Under the pieces are notes generated by a model, which made no database searches, was not told the DNA's origin, and saw nothing but the letters and a program-made list of their open reading frames with translations. Below, one piece after another: positions 29,522-38,215 of a stretch of 53,959 bases of DNA. Made by a program: the position numbers and the translations under genes. This DNA comes from an uncultured Luteolibacter sp. (GTDB lineage Bacteria; Verrucomicrobiota; Verrucomicrobiia; Verrucomicrobiales; Akkermansiaceae): NCBI GenBank assembly GCA_966211015.1, contig CBIHMP010000001.1:1-53959 (forward strand). Reading direction: 5' to 3'. How positions within the stretch are numbered: the stretch's first letter is position 1; each line of letters opens with the position of its first letter.

Positions 29522-31702
29522 ATGAGTGCCACATTCGACAACTTGGACCGGCGCGGGTTTTTCAAACTCGGGGCCCTCGCGGGCGGCGGATTCCTGCTGG
29601 GCTCCTGGACCGGTGCCGCGGCCGAAGGCGGCTCCGCCTTCTCCCCGAATGCCTTCGTTCGCATCACGCCGGAAGGGGTGGTGACGATTTTCGCGAAGAA
29701 CCCCGAGGTGGGCCAGGGAGTGAAAACCTCTCTCCCCATGATCGTCGCCGAGGAGCTGGAGGTTCCGTGGGAAAAGGTCGTCGTGGAGCAGGCACCCGTG
29801 AGCGAGAAGGACTTCGGCCGCCAGATGGCGGGCGGGAGCATGTCCACGCCGTCGAATTACGACCGGCTGCGCCGGATGGGCGCGATCGCGCGCACGATGC
29901 TCGTGGCCGCCGCGGCCAAAGAGTGGGGGGTGCCCGAGGCGGAGTGCGAGGCCATCGCCGGCGAAGTGGTCCACAAGCCTAGCGGCAGGAAAGCGGGCTA
30001 CGGTCCGCTCGCCGTCGCGGCCGCCGCGCTGCCGGTTCCCCACGAGAAATCGGTGAAGCTCAAAAAGGTCGCGGATTTCAAGCTCCTCGGGAGGCGGATC
30101 GGCGGGGTGGACAATCCGAAGATCGTGACTGGTCAGCCGCTGTTCGGGATTGATCAGAAGCAGCCGGGAATGAAGTACGCCTGCTACGTGCGTTGCCCCG
30201 TTTTCACCGGCAAGGTAAAGGAGGCCGATCTGGACGCCGTGAAGAAATCGCCGGGCGTGACGGATGCCTTCGTGATCGAGGGGACGGGCGATCACTACGG
30301 ACTGCTGCCGGGGGTTGCGATCATCGCCGGCGACACTTGGAGCGCCTTCAAGGCGAAGGCGGCGCTGAAGGTGGCATGGGATGCCGATGGCAAGGAGAGT
30401 TTCGCCGCCCACGCCGCGAAAGCGGCCGAGGTGATGAGGGGAAAGGGAGCGAATGAGATCCGTAAGACCGGCGAGCCGGAGTTTCCGGAAGACGGCAAGA
30501 CGGTCGCAGCGAGCTATCACTACCCGCACCTTTCCCATGCAAACCTAGAGCCGCAGAATTGCACCGCCGTCTTCAAGGACGGGGCGGTGGAGATCTGGGC
30601 ACCGACGCAGAATCCCGGTGGCGCCTTTGATGGAGTCGCGAAAGCCCTGAAGATCCCGAAGGACAAGGTCACGATCCACATGACCCGCATCGGCGGCGGC
30701 TTCGGCAGGCGCCTGATGGGGGATTTCATCATCGAGTGCGCGGCGATCGCGCAGAAGATGGAGGGCACGCCGGTAAAGGTGACCTGGACCCGCGAGCAAG
30801 ACCTCGCCCACGACTATTACCGCGCGGGCGGCTGGCATCATTTCCGCGGACGCGTGGATGAAAATGGCCGCCTTTCCGCATGGGCCGATCATTTCGTCAC
30901 CTTCGGCCTCAATAGCGACGAGCGCACCGGCAACGGCGCGGATCTCGGCGGTGACGAGTTCCCCAGCCGCTTCGTGCCGAATCTCCTGCTGGAGCGCACG
31001 ATCCTGCCCAGCAACACGCCGCTGGGCTGGTGGCGCGCGCCGGGCTCCTGCGCGCTGGCTTGGGCGATCCAGTGCTTCATCGACGAGATGGCCCACGCGG
31101 CGAAGAAGGATCCGCTGGAGTTCCGTCTGGCGCTGCTCGGCGAGGACCGCGAGGTGCCGCCGACCGGCGGGCGCGGCCAGTCGTACAATGCCACGCGCAT
31201 GAAAGGCGTGCTTCGCCTGGCGGCGGAGAAGGCGGGCTGGGGAGAAAAGCTGGAGAAGGGCCGCGGCCGCGGAATCGCCTTCCACTTCAGCCATCTTGGC
31301 TACGTCGCGGTGGTGGCCGATGTCACGGTCAGCAAGGAGGGCGTTCTGAAGGTGAACCGGCTCAGCGCCGGGGTGGATGTGGGACCGATCATGAATCTGA
31401 GCGGAGCGGAGAATCAGGTCGAAGGCTCGATGATCGACGGCCTCAGCGCGGCCTGGTTCCAGGAGATTCTCGTCGAGAACGGCGCGGTGAAGCAGACGAA
31501 CTTCCACGAGTACCCGCTGCTCACGATGAAAGACGCACCCAAGGTGGAAGTTCATTTCGCGAAATCGGACCATTCGCCCACGGGACTCGGCGAGCCCGCC
31601 CTGCCTCCGACGGCCCCGGCGATCTGCAACGCGATCTTCGCCGCCACGGGCAAGCGGGTCCGTACCTTGCCCTTGGTAAAACAGGATCTAAGCTGGACCT
31701 GA
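29522..31702 (+). CDS. Molybdopterin-binding subunit, isoquinoline 1-oxidoreductase beta-like
   Basis: Tat-like DRRGFFK, EVGQG, GGGFGRR, WRAPG, GLGEP; ATG at 29522. Confidence 0.92.
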   Translation: MSATFDNLDRRGFFKLGALAGGGFLLGSWTGAAAEGGSAFSPNAFVRITPEGVVTIFAKNPEVGQGVKTSLPMIVAEELEVPWEKVVVEQAPVSEKDFGRQMAGGSMSTPSNYDRLRRMGAIARTMLVAAAAKEWGVPEAECEAIAGEVVHKPSGRKAGYGPLAVAAAALPVPHEKSVKLKKVADFKLLGRRIGGVDNPKIVTGQPLFGIDQKQPGMKYACYVRCPVFTGKVKEADLDAVKKSPGVTDAFVIEGTGDHYGLLPGVAIIAGDTWSAFKAKAALKVAWDADGKESFAAHAAKAAEVMRGKGANEIRKTGEPEFPEDGKTVAASYHYPHLSHANLEPQNCTAVFKDGAVEIWAPTQNPGGAFDGVAKALKIPKDKVTIHMTRIGGGFGRRLMGDFIIECAAIAQKMEGTPVKVTWTREQDLAHDYYRAGGWHHFRGRVDENGRLSAWADHFVTFGLNSDERTGNGADLGGDEFPSRFVPNLLLERTILPSNTPLGWWRAPGSCALAWAIQCFIDEMAHAAKKDPLEFRLALLGEDREVPPTGGRGQSYNATRMKGVLRLAAEKAGWGEKLEKGRGRGIAFHFSHLGYVAVVADVTVSKEGVLKVNRLSAGVDVGPIMNLSGAENQVEGSMIDGLSAAWFQEILVENGAVKQTNFHEYPLLTMKDAPKVEVHFAKSDHSPTGLGEPALPPTAPAICNAIFAATGKRVRTLPLVKQDLSWT

Positions 31703-31727
31703 TCCGGCGCGTCCGCCGCTTGTTCCG

Positions 31728-32675
31728 ATGTCCGATTGGCCCTTTCTCTTCGACTTCGCCCGGGCAAACCGCGGCGGGCGTCTCGCGCTGGCTACCTTGG
31801 TTGCGCGGGAGGGCTCCAGCTACCGCCAGCCGGGAGCCCGCTTGCTGGTAGCAGAGGATGGCAGCTTCTGCGGTTCCCTCAGCGGCGGGTGTCTGGAGGA
31901 AGGCGTGGCCCGGACGGCCCGGCAGGTCATGGAGGAAGGAAAGCCGCGGCGGATTGTCATCGATACCCGCCCGCATTTCGGTTGCCCGGGAAAGCTCCAC
32001 ATCCTGATCGAGGAAATTTCCCACGAGCTGCCGCTTGCGATCGAATCGGCGATGCGGGATCGCAGGGCCGTGACCTTGGTGAGCGACCGCGAGGGAACCC
32101 GCTTCGCCAGCGGGAGCGCGGAGGACGCCCTCGTGGAAATTGCCACGCCGCCTCCGCGTCTGGTCGTGGTGGGATGGACTCCCGACATCGAGCCCGTGCT
32201 GTCGTTTGCCGCGTCCCTTGGGTGGCAGCGGCACCGCGTGGTGAGGGAACAGCGGATGATCGCGGAGACGCCGCGCATCGCGGGTGAGGCGATCCGGGCG
32301 CTCTCGGCCCCCGAGCTCACCGCGCAGTTCCAGCCGGATGAGACGACGGCGGTACTAGTGATGACCCACCACCTCGCCAGCGATCTTGCCTTCCTGCGTG
32401 AGATCCTCCCGGCCGGGTATGGCTACGTCGGCTTGCTCGGCTCGCGTCGCAGGCGGGAGACCCTCCTTGCGGAACTCGGTGCATTCGGTCTCCTGGAAGA
32501 TCCCACGGTGACCGACCGCTTCCACGCTCCCGTAGGCCTTGATCTAGGCGGGCATCATCCGGCCACCATCGCGCTGGCGATTGTCGCGGAAATTCAAGCC
32601 GCTTTGGCCGGGGCGCCCGCGGGTTTCCTGCGCGACCGGAAGGGGACGATCCACGCCGCTCCGGTGCCTGCATGA
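31728..32675 (+). CDS. XdhC/CoxI family Moco insertion chaperone
   Basis: GSSYRQPGA, GSLSGGCLE, GCPG, VMTH, YVGLLG, APVGLDLG. Confidence 0.9.
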   Translation: MSDWPFLFDFARANRGGRLALATLVAREGSSYRQPGARLLVAEDGSFCGSLSGGCLEEGVARTARQVMEEGKPRRIVIDTRPHFGCPGKLHILIEEISHELPLAIESAMRDRRAVTLVSDREGTRFASGSAEDALVEIATPPPRLVVVGWTPDIEPVLSFAASLGWQRHRVVREQRMIAETPRIAGEAIRALSAPELTAQFQPDETTAVLVMTHHLASDLAFLREILPAGYGYVGLLGSRRRRETLLAELGAFGLLEDPTVTDRFHAPVGLDLGGHHPATIALAIVAEIQAALAGAPAGFLRDRKGTIHAAPVPA

Positions 32676-33289
32676 AAACCGGCGCGCTCGTACTGGCAGC
32701 GGGGAAGGCCAGCCGCTTCGGCTCGCCGAAGCAGTTGCTGGAGATGGGGGGGATAACCTTGCTGGACGGCGCTTGCATGGCAGCACGGGATGCAGGGTGC
32801 GATCCCGTGCTCAGGGTGCTCGGCTCCCGTGCGGAGCTTATCCTCGGGCGTCCTTGCCCACAGGGCGTGGCGACCCTGGTACATCGAGGGTGGGAGGAAG
32901 GGATGGGCGCTTCCCTTGCGGCGGGAATGCTGGAGCTCCAAGCGATGCGCCCGGATCTGGACGCCGTGCTCGTGCTGCTCTCGGATCAACCGATGGTGGG
33001 ATCCGCTCCCTTCGCGGAGATGTTCGGGCGATTGCGGCAGCCGGGCATTTCCATCGTGCTTTGCGATCACGGCGAGGCATGCGGCCCGCCCGCCTTGTTT
33101 TCGGCGGAGCATTTCAGCGAGCTGCAATCTCTCTCAGGGGATCAAGGAGCCAAGGCGATCACGCGGAACCACGGAAACGCCGTCTCCAAAGTCCATTTTC
33201 CTGAAGGCATCTGGGACATCGATTCGCCGGAAGCTTGGGAGCGCTTCAATCGGGAGATGGCCGCCAGTTGGGCGAAACGATCCGGGTGA
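32672..33289 (+). CDS. MocA-like nucleotidyltransferase (Mo cofactor cytidylyltransferase)
   Basis: LAAGKASRFGSPKQLL, GMGASL, DQP, GDQGA, DID. Confidence 0.88.
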   Translation: MKTGALVLAAGKASRFGSPKQLLEMGGITLLDGACMAARDAGCDPVLRVLGSRAELILGRPCPQGVATLVHRGWEEGMGASLAAGMLELQAMRPDLDAVLVLLSDQPMVGSAPFAEMFGRLRQPGISIVLCDHGEACGPPALFSAEHFSELQSLSGDQGAKAITRNHGNAVSKVHFPEGIWDIDSPEAWERFNREMAASWAKRSG

Positions 33290-34613
33290 TCTCCAAGTAA
33301 CCGGCTCCCTCGCCTACGGAACGCCGCGCGATCTCAAGCACGCAGGAACAAGGCTCGCCCCATCCGATCGCAGCCGCAAAGGAACGGTGCAGGTCCGAGC
33401 CGGTGGCGACGAAACCGTATTTGCTGCGGCCGGACATGGGCGGGTCGAGCAGGAAGGCAGTGTAATTCTCGATGCCCGGGAACTTGTCGCCGAAGTAGTG
33501 GGTGTTCCGGACCTGCAGGTGGAAGGTGCCGATCTCACTGCCTTCACCGGCAGCGAAGCGGGCGAAGTGGTCATCATGAAATTCGGTGAAGGCTTCCCAA
33601 TCGACCTTCCAGCCCTCGGCTGTCTCCATCACCGCGACCGTGAATGCTTCCGGCCGGGTCTCCGTTGTGATTTGGTAGGCGGCCACCTTGGTGCCGGCCT
33701 CCTTGTCCGAATGGACGATACCCGCCTTCAACGAGGCGGGGGCGAGGGGTTGATAGGGAGTCTCGGTGTAGTAAGCCTCCATCTTCACCGCCACTTTCTC
33801 GGGAAAGAGAGAATGCTTCAGGCGCGCACGCCAATCGGGTGCGGAGAGAAACGCCTTCAAAGCAGCTTCCGGGGCGGAGATCACCTTGATCGGCGGTTCC
33901 TCGCTGCGCTCGATCGGCGGTGGAACCCGGTAGGCAAGGGAGGGTGTCGCGGCTTCCGGCTTGGCCGGTGGCGGCCCCTTCTGGTCGGGCCGATCGGACT
34001 CTGCTCCCGGTGGCTGGATGCCAGCTGCGGGCAGATGTTGCGTGCCCAGTAGGAATCCGACGCCTAGCCCGAGCATCCCGGCGAGCAGGCACGAAAGTAC
34101 CACGACCGTACGGATCAACCTGCGATCGGCGAGAGCGGGTAGAGGCGGATATTCCCGGCGGGCCGCGAGGTCGGGCGAGAGGAGAGGCTGGGAAAACGGG
34201 GTTGGGCGCCCAAGCCTCGGCGCGGCTACGGGCTCCGGCAGAATTTGTGGAGCCGGTTGGGGAGCCGGTTGGGGAGCCGGTTGTGGAGCCGGTTGGGGAG
34301 CCGGTTGTGGAGCCGGTTGGGGAGCCGGTTGGGGAGCCGGTTGGGGAGCCGGTTGGGGAGCCGGTTGGGGTGCCGGTTGTGCTTTAACAAACGGATTGAA
34401 GGGATCGTCTCGCCGTGAGGCCCCCGGCCCAGCCGGATCGATTACATCGCCGCCGGGGACGGTGATGCGGCGTGCTCCGGCACCCGTGGAGGGATCCGGC
34501 GCGGCGATTTCCTGCCGGCACCTCGGGCAGGGCCCGTGGAAGGCCACCGCGTGCGGAGGCATGCGCAATGTAATGCCGCAAGCGGGGCAGTGAAAGTGGA
34601 TCACATCGGGCAT
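33246..34613 (-). CDS. Hypothetical membrane protein: N-terminal zinc ribbon, (PAPQ)11 linker, single TM, extracytoplasmic domain
   Basis: CPAC..CPRC, PAPQ repeats, hydrophobic VVVLSCLLAGMLGLGVGFLL, WKVDWEAF. Confidence 0.75.
   Translation of the reverse strand: MPDVIHFHCPACGITLRMPPHAVAFHGPCPRCRQEIAAPDPSTGAGARRITVPGGDVIDPAGPGASRRDDPFNPFVKAQPAPQPAPQPAPQPAPQPAPQPAPQPAPQPAPQPAPQPAPQPAPQILPEPVAAPRLGRPTPFSQPLLSPDLAARREYPPLPALADRRLIRTVVVLSCLLAGMLGLGVGFLLGTQHLPAAGIQPPGAESDRPDQKGPPPAKPEAATPSLAYRVPPPIERSEEPPIKVISAPEAALKAFLSAPDWRARLKHSLFPEKVAVKMEAYYTETPYQPLAPASLKAGIVHSDKEAGTKVAAYQITTETRPEAFTVAVMETAEGWKVDWEAFTEFHDDHFARFAAGEGSEIGTFHLQVRNTHYFGDKFPGIENYTAFLLDPPMSGRSKYGFVATGSDLHRSFAAAIGWGEPCSCVLEIARRSVGEGAGYLEITRIVSPNWRPSPD
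34245..34376. repeat. In-frame tandem repeat, 11 x 12 bp (TTG[G/T]GG[A/T]GCCGG)
   Basis: Units counted directly; encode PAPQ on the minus strand. Confidence 0.95.
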
Positions 34614-34667
34614 GGAAGCGCTTGGCGCGGAGTTAGCTTGTCACGAGGGAGCTCAAGCTGTCGATGC

Positions 34668-35390
34668 TCAGGCCACGATTAGAATTTCCCGCGTCCCCAC
34701 CGGCACGGCGACGCGCGCGAAATAGTTCTCCAGACGCGGATGCTCCAGGCGCTCCAGCCGGAATTCCTGCAATCGCGGGTGGCTACCCACCCCTTGCCGG
34801 CCGGGAGGCACCATCGAAACCGTCTCCGGTGCCAAGGACATGCCGGTGCCGAGCGCCTTCAACAGCGCCTCCTTGCCCGTCCACAGGTCGAGCAAGACAG
34901 AAGCCCTGTCCTGTTCGCTTTCGGGCAGGATGGCCATTTCATCCGGATGGCAGAATGCGTGCTCGCAGCCCAGCAGGCTCCGCCCCCGGTCCTCCGCTTC
35001 GATGTCCACCCCGATCGGGCCATCGCATGCGAGCGCGACCAAGGCCAACTCGCGGCAATGGGAGAGATTGAAGTGCAGGTGGTCGAAAGGCGGGCAGAGC
35101 TGGGGCTTTCCGTATTCCGCAAGGCGGAGAACCACCGAGGCGGGCGCGACTCCCAGGGCGTCGCCGAGAATGCTTCGCAGCGCGCCGCGGCAGGCCCGCC
35201 AGTGCCGGGCGTCCTTTTCAAAGCGGAATCGCGCGGCCTGTTCCTCCTCGGCTACGCTCAGGAGCAGGGCCGCTTCCTCGTCCGCCACCGATGCGGGATC
35301 GATCACGTGAACGATCACCCGTCCCGGCCCTGGCAGTGAAGGAGGCACGGCAGGAAATTGCCCGGAAGAGGGCCCCAAGCGAAGCGCCAA
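34668..35390 (-). CDS. 4'-phosphopantetheinyl transferase (Sfp type); start uncertain
   Basis: GKP, FNLSH, IGVDIE, WTGKEALLKALGTG. Confidence 0.9.
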   Translation of the reverse strand: MALRLGPSSGQFPAVPPSLPGPGRVIVHVIDPASVADEEAALLLSVAEEEQAARFRFEKDARHWRACRGALRSILGDALGVAPASVVLRLAEYGKPQLCPPFDHLHFNLSHCRELALVALACDGPIGVDIEAEDRGRSLLGCEHAFCHPDEMAILPESEQDRASVLLDLWTGKEALLKALGTGMSLAPETVSMVPPGRQGVGSHPRLQEFRLERLEHPRLENYFARVAVPVGTREILIVA

Positions 35391-35397
35391 ATCGAGC

Positions 35398-36222
35398 TCA
35401 ACTCACCTCGATGATCAGGGCCGTGGTATTGTCCCGCCCCGAATCCGCCACCGCCTCTTTCACAAGCGTCTCGGCGCAGAGATGCTTCCGGGCCAGCTCG
35501 TTGAGCCGGCGGTCCCATAAGCCATCCACAAGTCCATCGGAACAAATGAGGAAGCGGTCGCCAGGCCGGCATTCCACGCGGCCGATCTGGGGATCGATCT
35601 TTTGGTTTCCGCCGCCCAGAGCCTGGGAGAGAGAGCTGCGGCCGGGGTGGGTGCGTGCTTCGCGCTCGTTGATCTTTCCGGCACGCCGCAGCCAGCCCAC
35701 GTGGGAGTGATCGTGGGTGATCTGGAGTGTCTCGCCCTCCTTCGGCAGGTAATAGATCCGGCTGTCCCCGATGTGGCAAAAGCACATCCAGCCCGGCATG
35801 AACCAGCAGAGGCTGAGGGTCGCGCCCATTCCCTGGCACTCCGGGTAGTAGCGCCCCAGATCGCTGATGGAGTGATGGATCCGCTCGAAGAGCTCCCGCA
35901 GGATGTCCGAAAAGCCGGCTTCCAAGTGCTGCGCCGCCATCCCGAAGCTGGGCGGCAGCAGCCGGGTGATCTTTTCGACGGCGATCTTGCTGGCGAATTC
36001 GCCGGATTTCGCTCCCCCCATGCCGTCGCTCACGGCGAAAACGAAATCGGCTTCCGACATGCTTCCGGTCCCGGTCTTCCCGAGATAGCGGATTTCGCGG
36101 GCATCGAAATTAAGAGCGAGGAACGCGTCCTCGTTGTTCGTGCGGAAGCGCCCGACGTGTGTCATTCCCGACCAATTGATAGCGAGCGGGTAAGAAGGAT
36201 TTTCGGAATCGGTTGGAGTCAC
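35398..36222 (-). CDS. PP2C-family Ser/Thr protein phosphatase
   Basis: GRFRTNNED, VSDGMGG, GMGAT, HIGDSRIY, CSDGL, DNTT; probable GTG start at 36222. Confidence 0.9.
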   Translation of the reverse strand: MTPTDSENPSYPLAINWSGMTHVGRFRTNNEDAFLALNFDAREIRYLGKTGTGSMSEADFVFAVSDGMGGAKSGEFASKIAVEKITRLLPPSFGMAAQHLEAGFSDILRELFERIHHSISDLGRYYPECQGMGATLSLCWFMPGWMCFCHIGDSRIYYLPKEGETLQITHDHSHVGWLRRAGKINEREARTHPGRSSLSQALGGGNQKIDPQIGRVECRPGDRFLICSDGLVDGLWDRRLNELARKHLCAETLVKEAVADSGRDNTTALIIEVS

Positions 36223-36293
36223 GCGGCTGGGAGCAATCTGAGGCTTCCGCCGGAGAGTCGGCAAAAAGAAAAAATGTGACAGCGCTTGCCGCT

Positions 36294-36310
36294 TGGCCTG
36301 CCGACTGCTT
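36294..36310 (+). promoter_or_regulatory. Possible sigma-54 (-24/-12) promoter for glnII
   Basis: TGGCCTGCCGACTGCTT: GG-N10-GC spacing, about 100 nt upstream of the ATG. Confidence 0.3.
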
Positions 36311-36410
36311 TCTCGGGCGCGGTGCTGGCGCATGCACGCACTGGGGGCTTGCACGTCCCCATATTCATCCGCACGAATCCCTGCGATCCGAACAACAACC
36401 TAAGAATACG

Positions 36411-37433
36411 ATGCCCAAGTTCAAATTGGAGTACATCTGGCTCGACGGCTACACGCCCGTCCCGAACCTCCGTAGCAAGACTCAGTTGAAGGAATTCGAA
36501 TCCTTCCCGACCCTCGAGCAGCTTCCGAACTGGGGCTTCGACGGTTCTTCCACCCAGCAGGCCGAGGGCCGAAGCTCGGATTGCGTGCTCAAGCCCGTGG
36601 CGGTTTTCCCCGACGGTTCCCGCAACAACGGCGTGCTGGTGATGTGCGAGGTGATGATGCCGGACGGCGAGACACCCCATCCTTCCAACAGCCGCGCCAC
36701 CATCCTCGACGATCCCGACACCTGGTTCGGCTTCGAGCAGGAGTACTTCCTCTGGGAAGACGGCGCCCCGCTTGGCTTTCCGAAGGGTGGTTATCCCGGC
36801 CCGCAGGGCGAATACTACTGCGGTGTCGGCTACAAGAACGTCGGAGACGTCGCCCGCCAGATCGTGGAGGAGCACCTCGAGCTTTGCCTTGAAGCCGGCA
36901 TCAACCACGAAGGCATCAATGCCGAAGTGGCGAAGGGCCAGTGGGAATTCCAAATCTTCGGCAAGGGCTCGAAGACCTGCGCCGATCAGATCTGGGTGGC
37001 ACGCTATATCCTCAACCGCCTCTGCGAAAGCTACGGCGTGGATGTGAACTACCACTGCAAGCCGCTCGGCAAGGACCTGGACTGGAACGGCTCCGGCATG
37101 CACTGCAACTTCTCCACGAAGTACATGCGTGAAACCGGCGGCAAGGAGTACTTCGAAGCTCTCATGGCTGCCTTCGCCAAGAATCTCGACGAGCACATCG
37201 CCGTTTACGGCCCGGACAACCACATGCGTCTCACCGGCCTTCACGAGACGCAGTCGATCGACAAGTTCACCTATGGCATCGCCGACCGCGGTTCCTCGGT
37301 GCGCGTCCCGCACAGCTTCATCAACGCCGGCTACAAGGGCTACCTTGAAGACCGCCGTCCGAACTCGCAGGGCGATCCTTACCAGATCGCCAGCCGCGTG
37401 CTGAAGACGATCGCGGAAGTTCCGCTGCCCTGA
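36411..37433 (+). CDS. glnII: Glutamine synthetase type II
   Basis: 340 aa; EYIWLDG, WGFDGSST, GFEQEY, GPQGEYYCGVG, INAEV..GQWEFQ, DWNGSGMH, RLTGLHET, YLEDRRP. Confidence 0.92.
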   Translation: MPKFKLEYIWLDGYTPVPNLRSKTQLKEFESFPTLEQLPNWGFDGSSTQQAEGRSSDCVLKPVAVFPDGSRNNGVLVMCEVMMPDGETPHPSNSRATILDDPDTWFGFEQEYFLWEDGAPLGFPKGGYPGPQGEYYCGVGYKNVGDVARQIVEEHLELCLEAGINHEGINAEVAKGQWEFQIFGKGSKTCADQIWVARYILNRLCESYGVDVNYHCKPLGKDLDWNGSGMHCNFSTKYMRETGGKEYFEALMAAFAKNLDEHIAVYGPDNHMRLTGLHETQSIDKFTYGIADRGSSVRVPHSFINAGYKGYLEDRRPNSQGDPYQIASRVLKTIAEVPLP

Positions 37434-37458
37434 TTTACCAGCCATAGCTGTTTCGCCG

Positions 37459-37494
37459 ACGACCGTCCGGGCAACCGGGCGGTCGTTCGTTTGT
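37459..37494 (+). terminator. Intrinsic terminator after glnII (between convergent genes)
   Basis: ACGACCGTCCGG-GCAA-CCGGGCGGTCGT, a 12-bp stem with GNRA loop, followed by TCGTTTGT. Confidence 0.75.
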
Positions 37495-37522
37495 AAAAGG
37501 CCGGGTGCCGGACCTTCTCCGC

Positions 37523-38215
37523 TCAACCGGCGAAACGCGATCGGAAGGCTTGTGCCTGGCGCCGCGAGAACTCGACTTCGCCGTGGCCGTCGAGATGTGC
37601 CACCATCCTTCCGGAACCTTGGCGATGGATCACGCGGATCTGCCGGAGACTCACGATCTGGGCGCGATTGGCCCGGATGAAATGATCTTCGCCGAGCATT
37701 TGCTCGATGTCCTTCAGGCTCCGGCAGACGGTGAGCGGCTTCTTGTCCGGGAATTTGACGATCGAGTAGCTGCCTTCCGCCTCCACCATGAGGATGTCGG
37801 CAGGCCGGACCGGCCAGCAGTTGGACTGGTCGCTTAGCAGGATCATGTCCTCCTGCCCGGAGCGGCGGTTCTTCGGCAGTCGTGAAATGGCGCGGAACAG
37901 GCGCGAGAGCTCCACCGGCTTCAGGAGGTAGTCGATCACGCCGACCTCGAAGGCCTCCACGGCATAGCGCTCGTGCGCGGTGGTGATCACCACGGGAGTC
38001 CCCGTGGCCCGGGCGTCGGGAAGCAGGTCCATACCGCAACTGCCGGCTAGATCCATGTCAACGAAGACACCATCGAAGGCTTCCCGCAGGAGCGCGGTCC
38101 GTGCTTCCGGCAGGTTAGCAGCCTCGGTTCCCCGGAATCCGGGAAGAAGTTCTCCGAACAAGCGCATCAACTCGGCGCGCGCCAGGGGTTCGTCGTCAAC
38201 AATGAGCAGATTCAT
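37523..38215 (-). CDS. LytTR-family response regulator
   Basis: IVDDEPLAR, TTAH..YAVEAF..DYLLKP receiver domain; VEAEGSY, FIRANR..IV, SRR LytTR domain. Confidence 0.92.
   Translation of the reverse strand: MNLLIVDDEPLARAELMRLFGELLPGFRGTEAANLPEARTALLREAFDGVFVDMDLAGSCGMDLLPDARATGTPVVITTAHERYAVEAFEVGVIDYLLKPVELSRLFRAISRLPKNRRSGQEDMILLSDQSNCWPVRPADILMVEAEGSYSIVKFPDKKPLTVCRSLKDIEQMLGEDHFIRANRAQIVSLRQIRVIHRQGSGRMVAHLDGHGEVEFSRRQAQAFRSRFAG

Noticed and set aside
34245-34376. Repeat array as a possible CRISPR
   Set aside because: Contiguous 12-bp units with no spacers, in frame within a CDS, and no cas genes
34668-35390. Sfp-type PPTase as a sign of a biosynthetic gene cluster
   Set aside because: No PKS, NRPS or carrier-protein gene in the window; stand-alone PPTases are common
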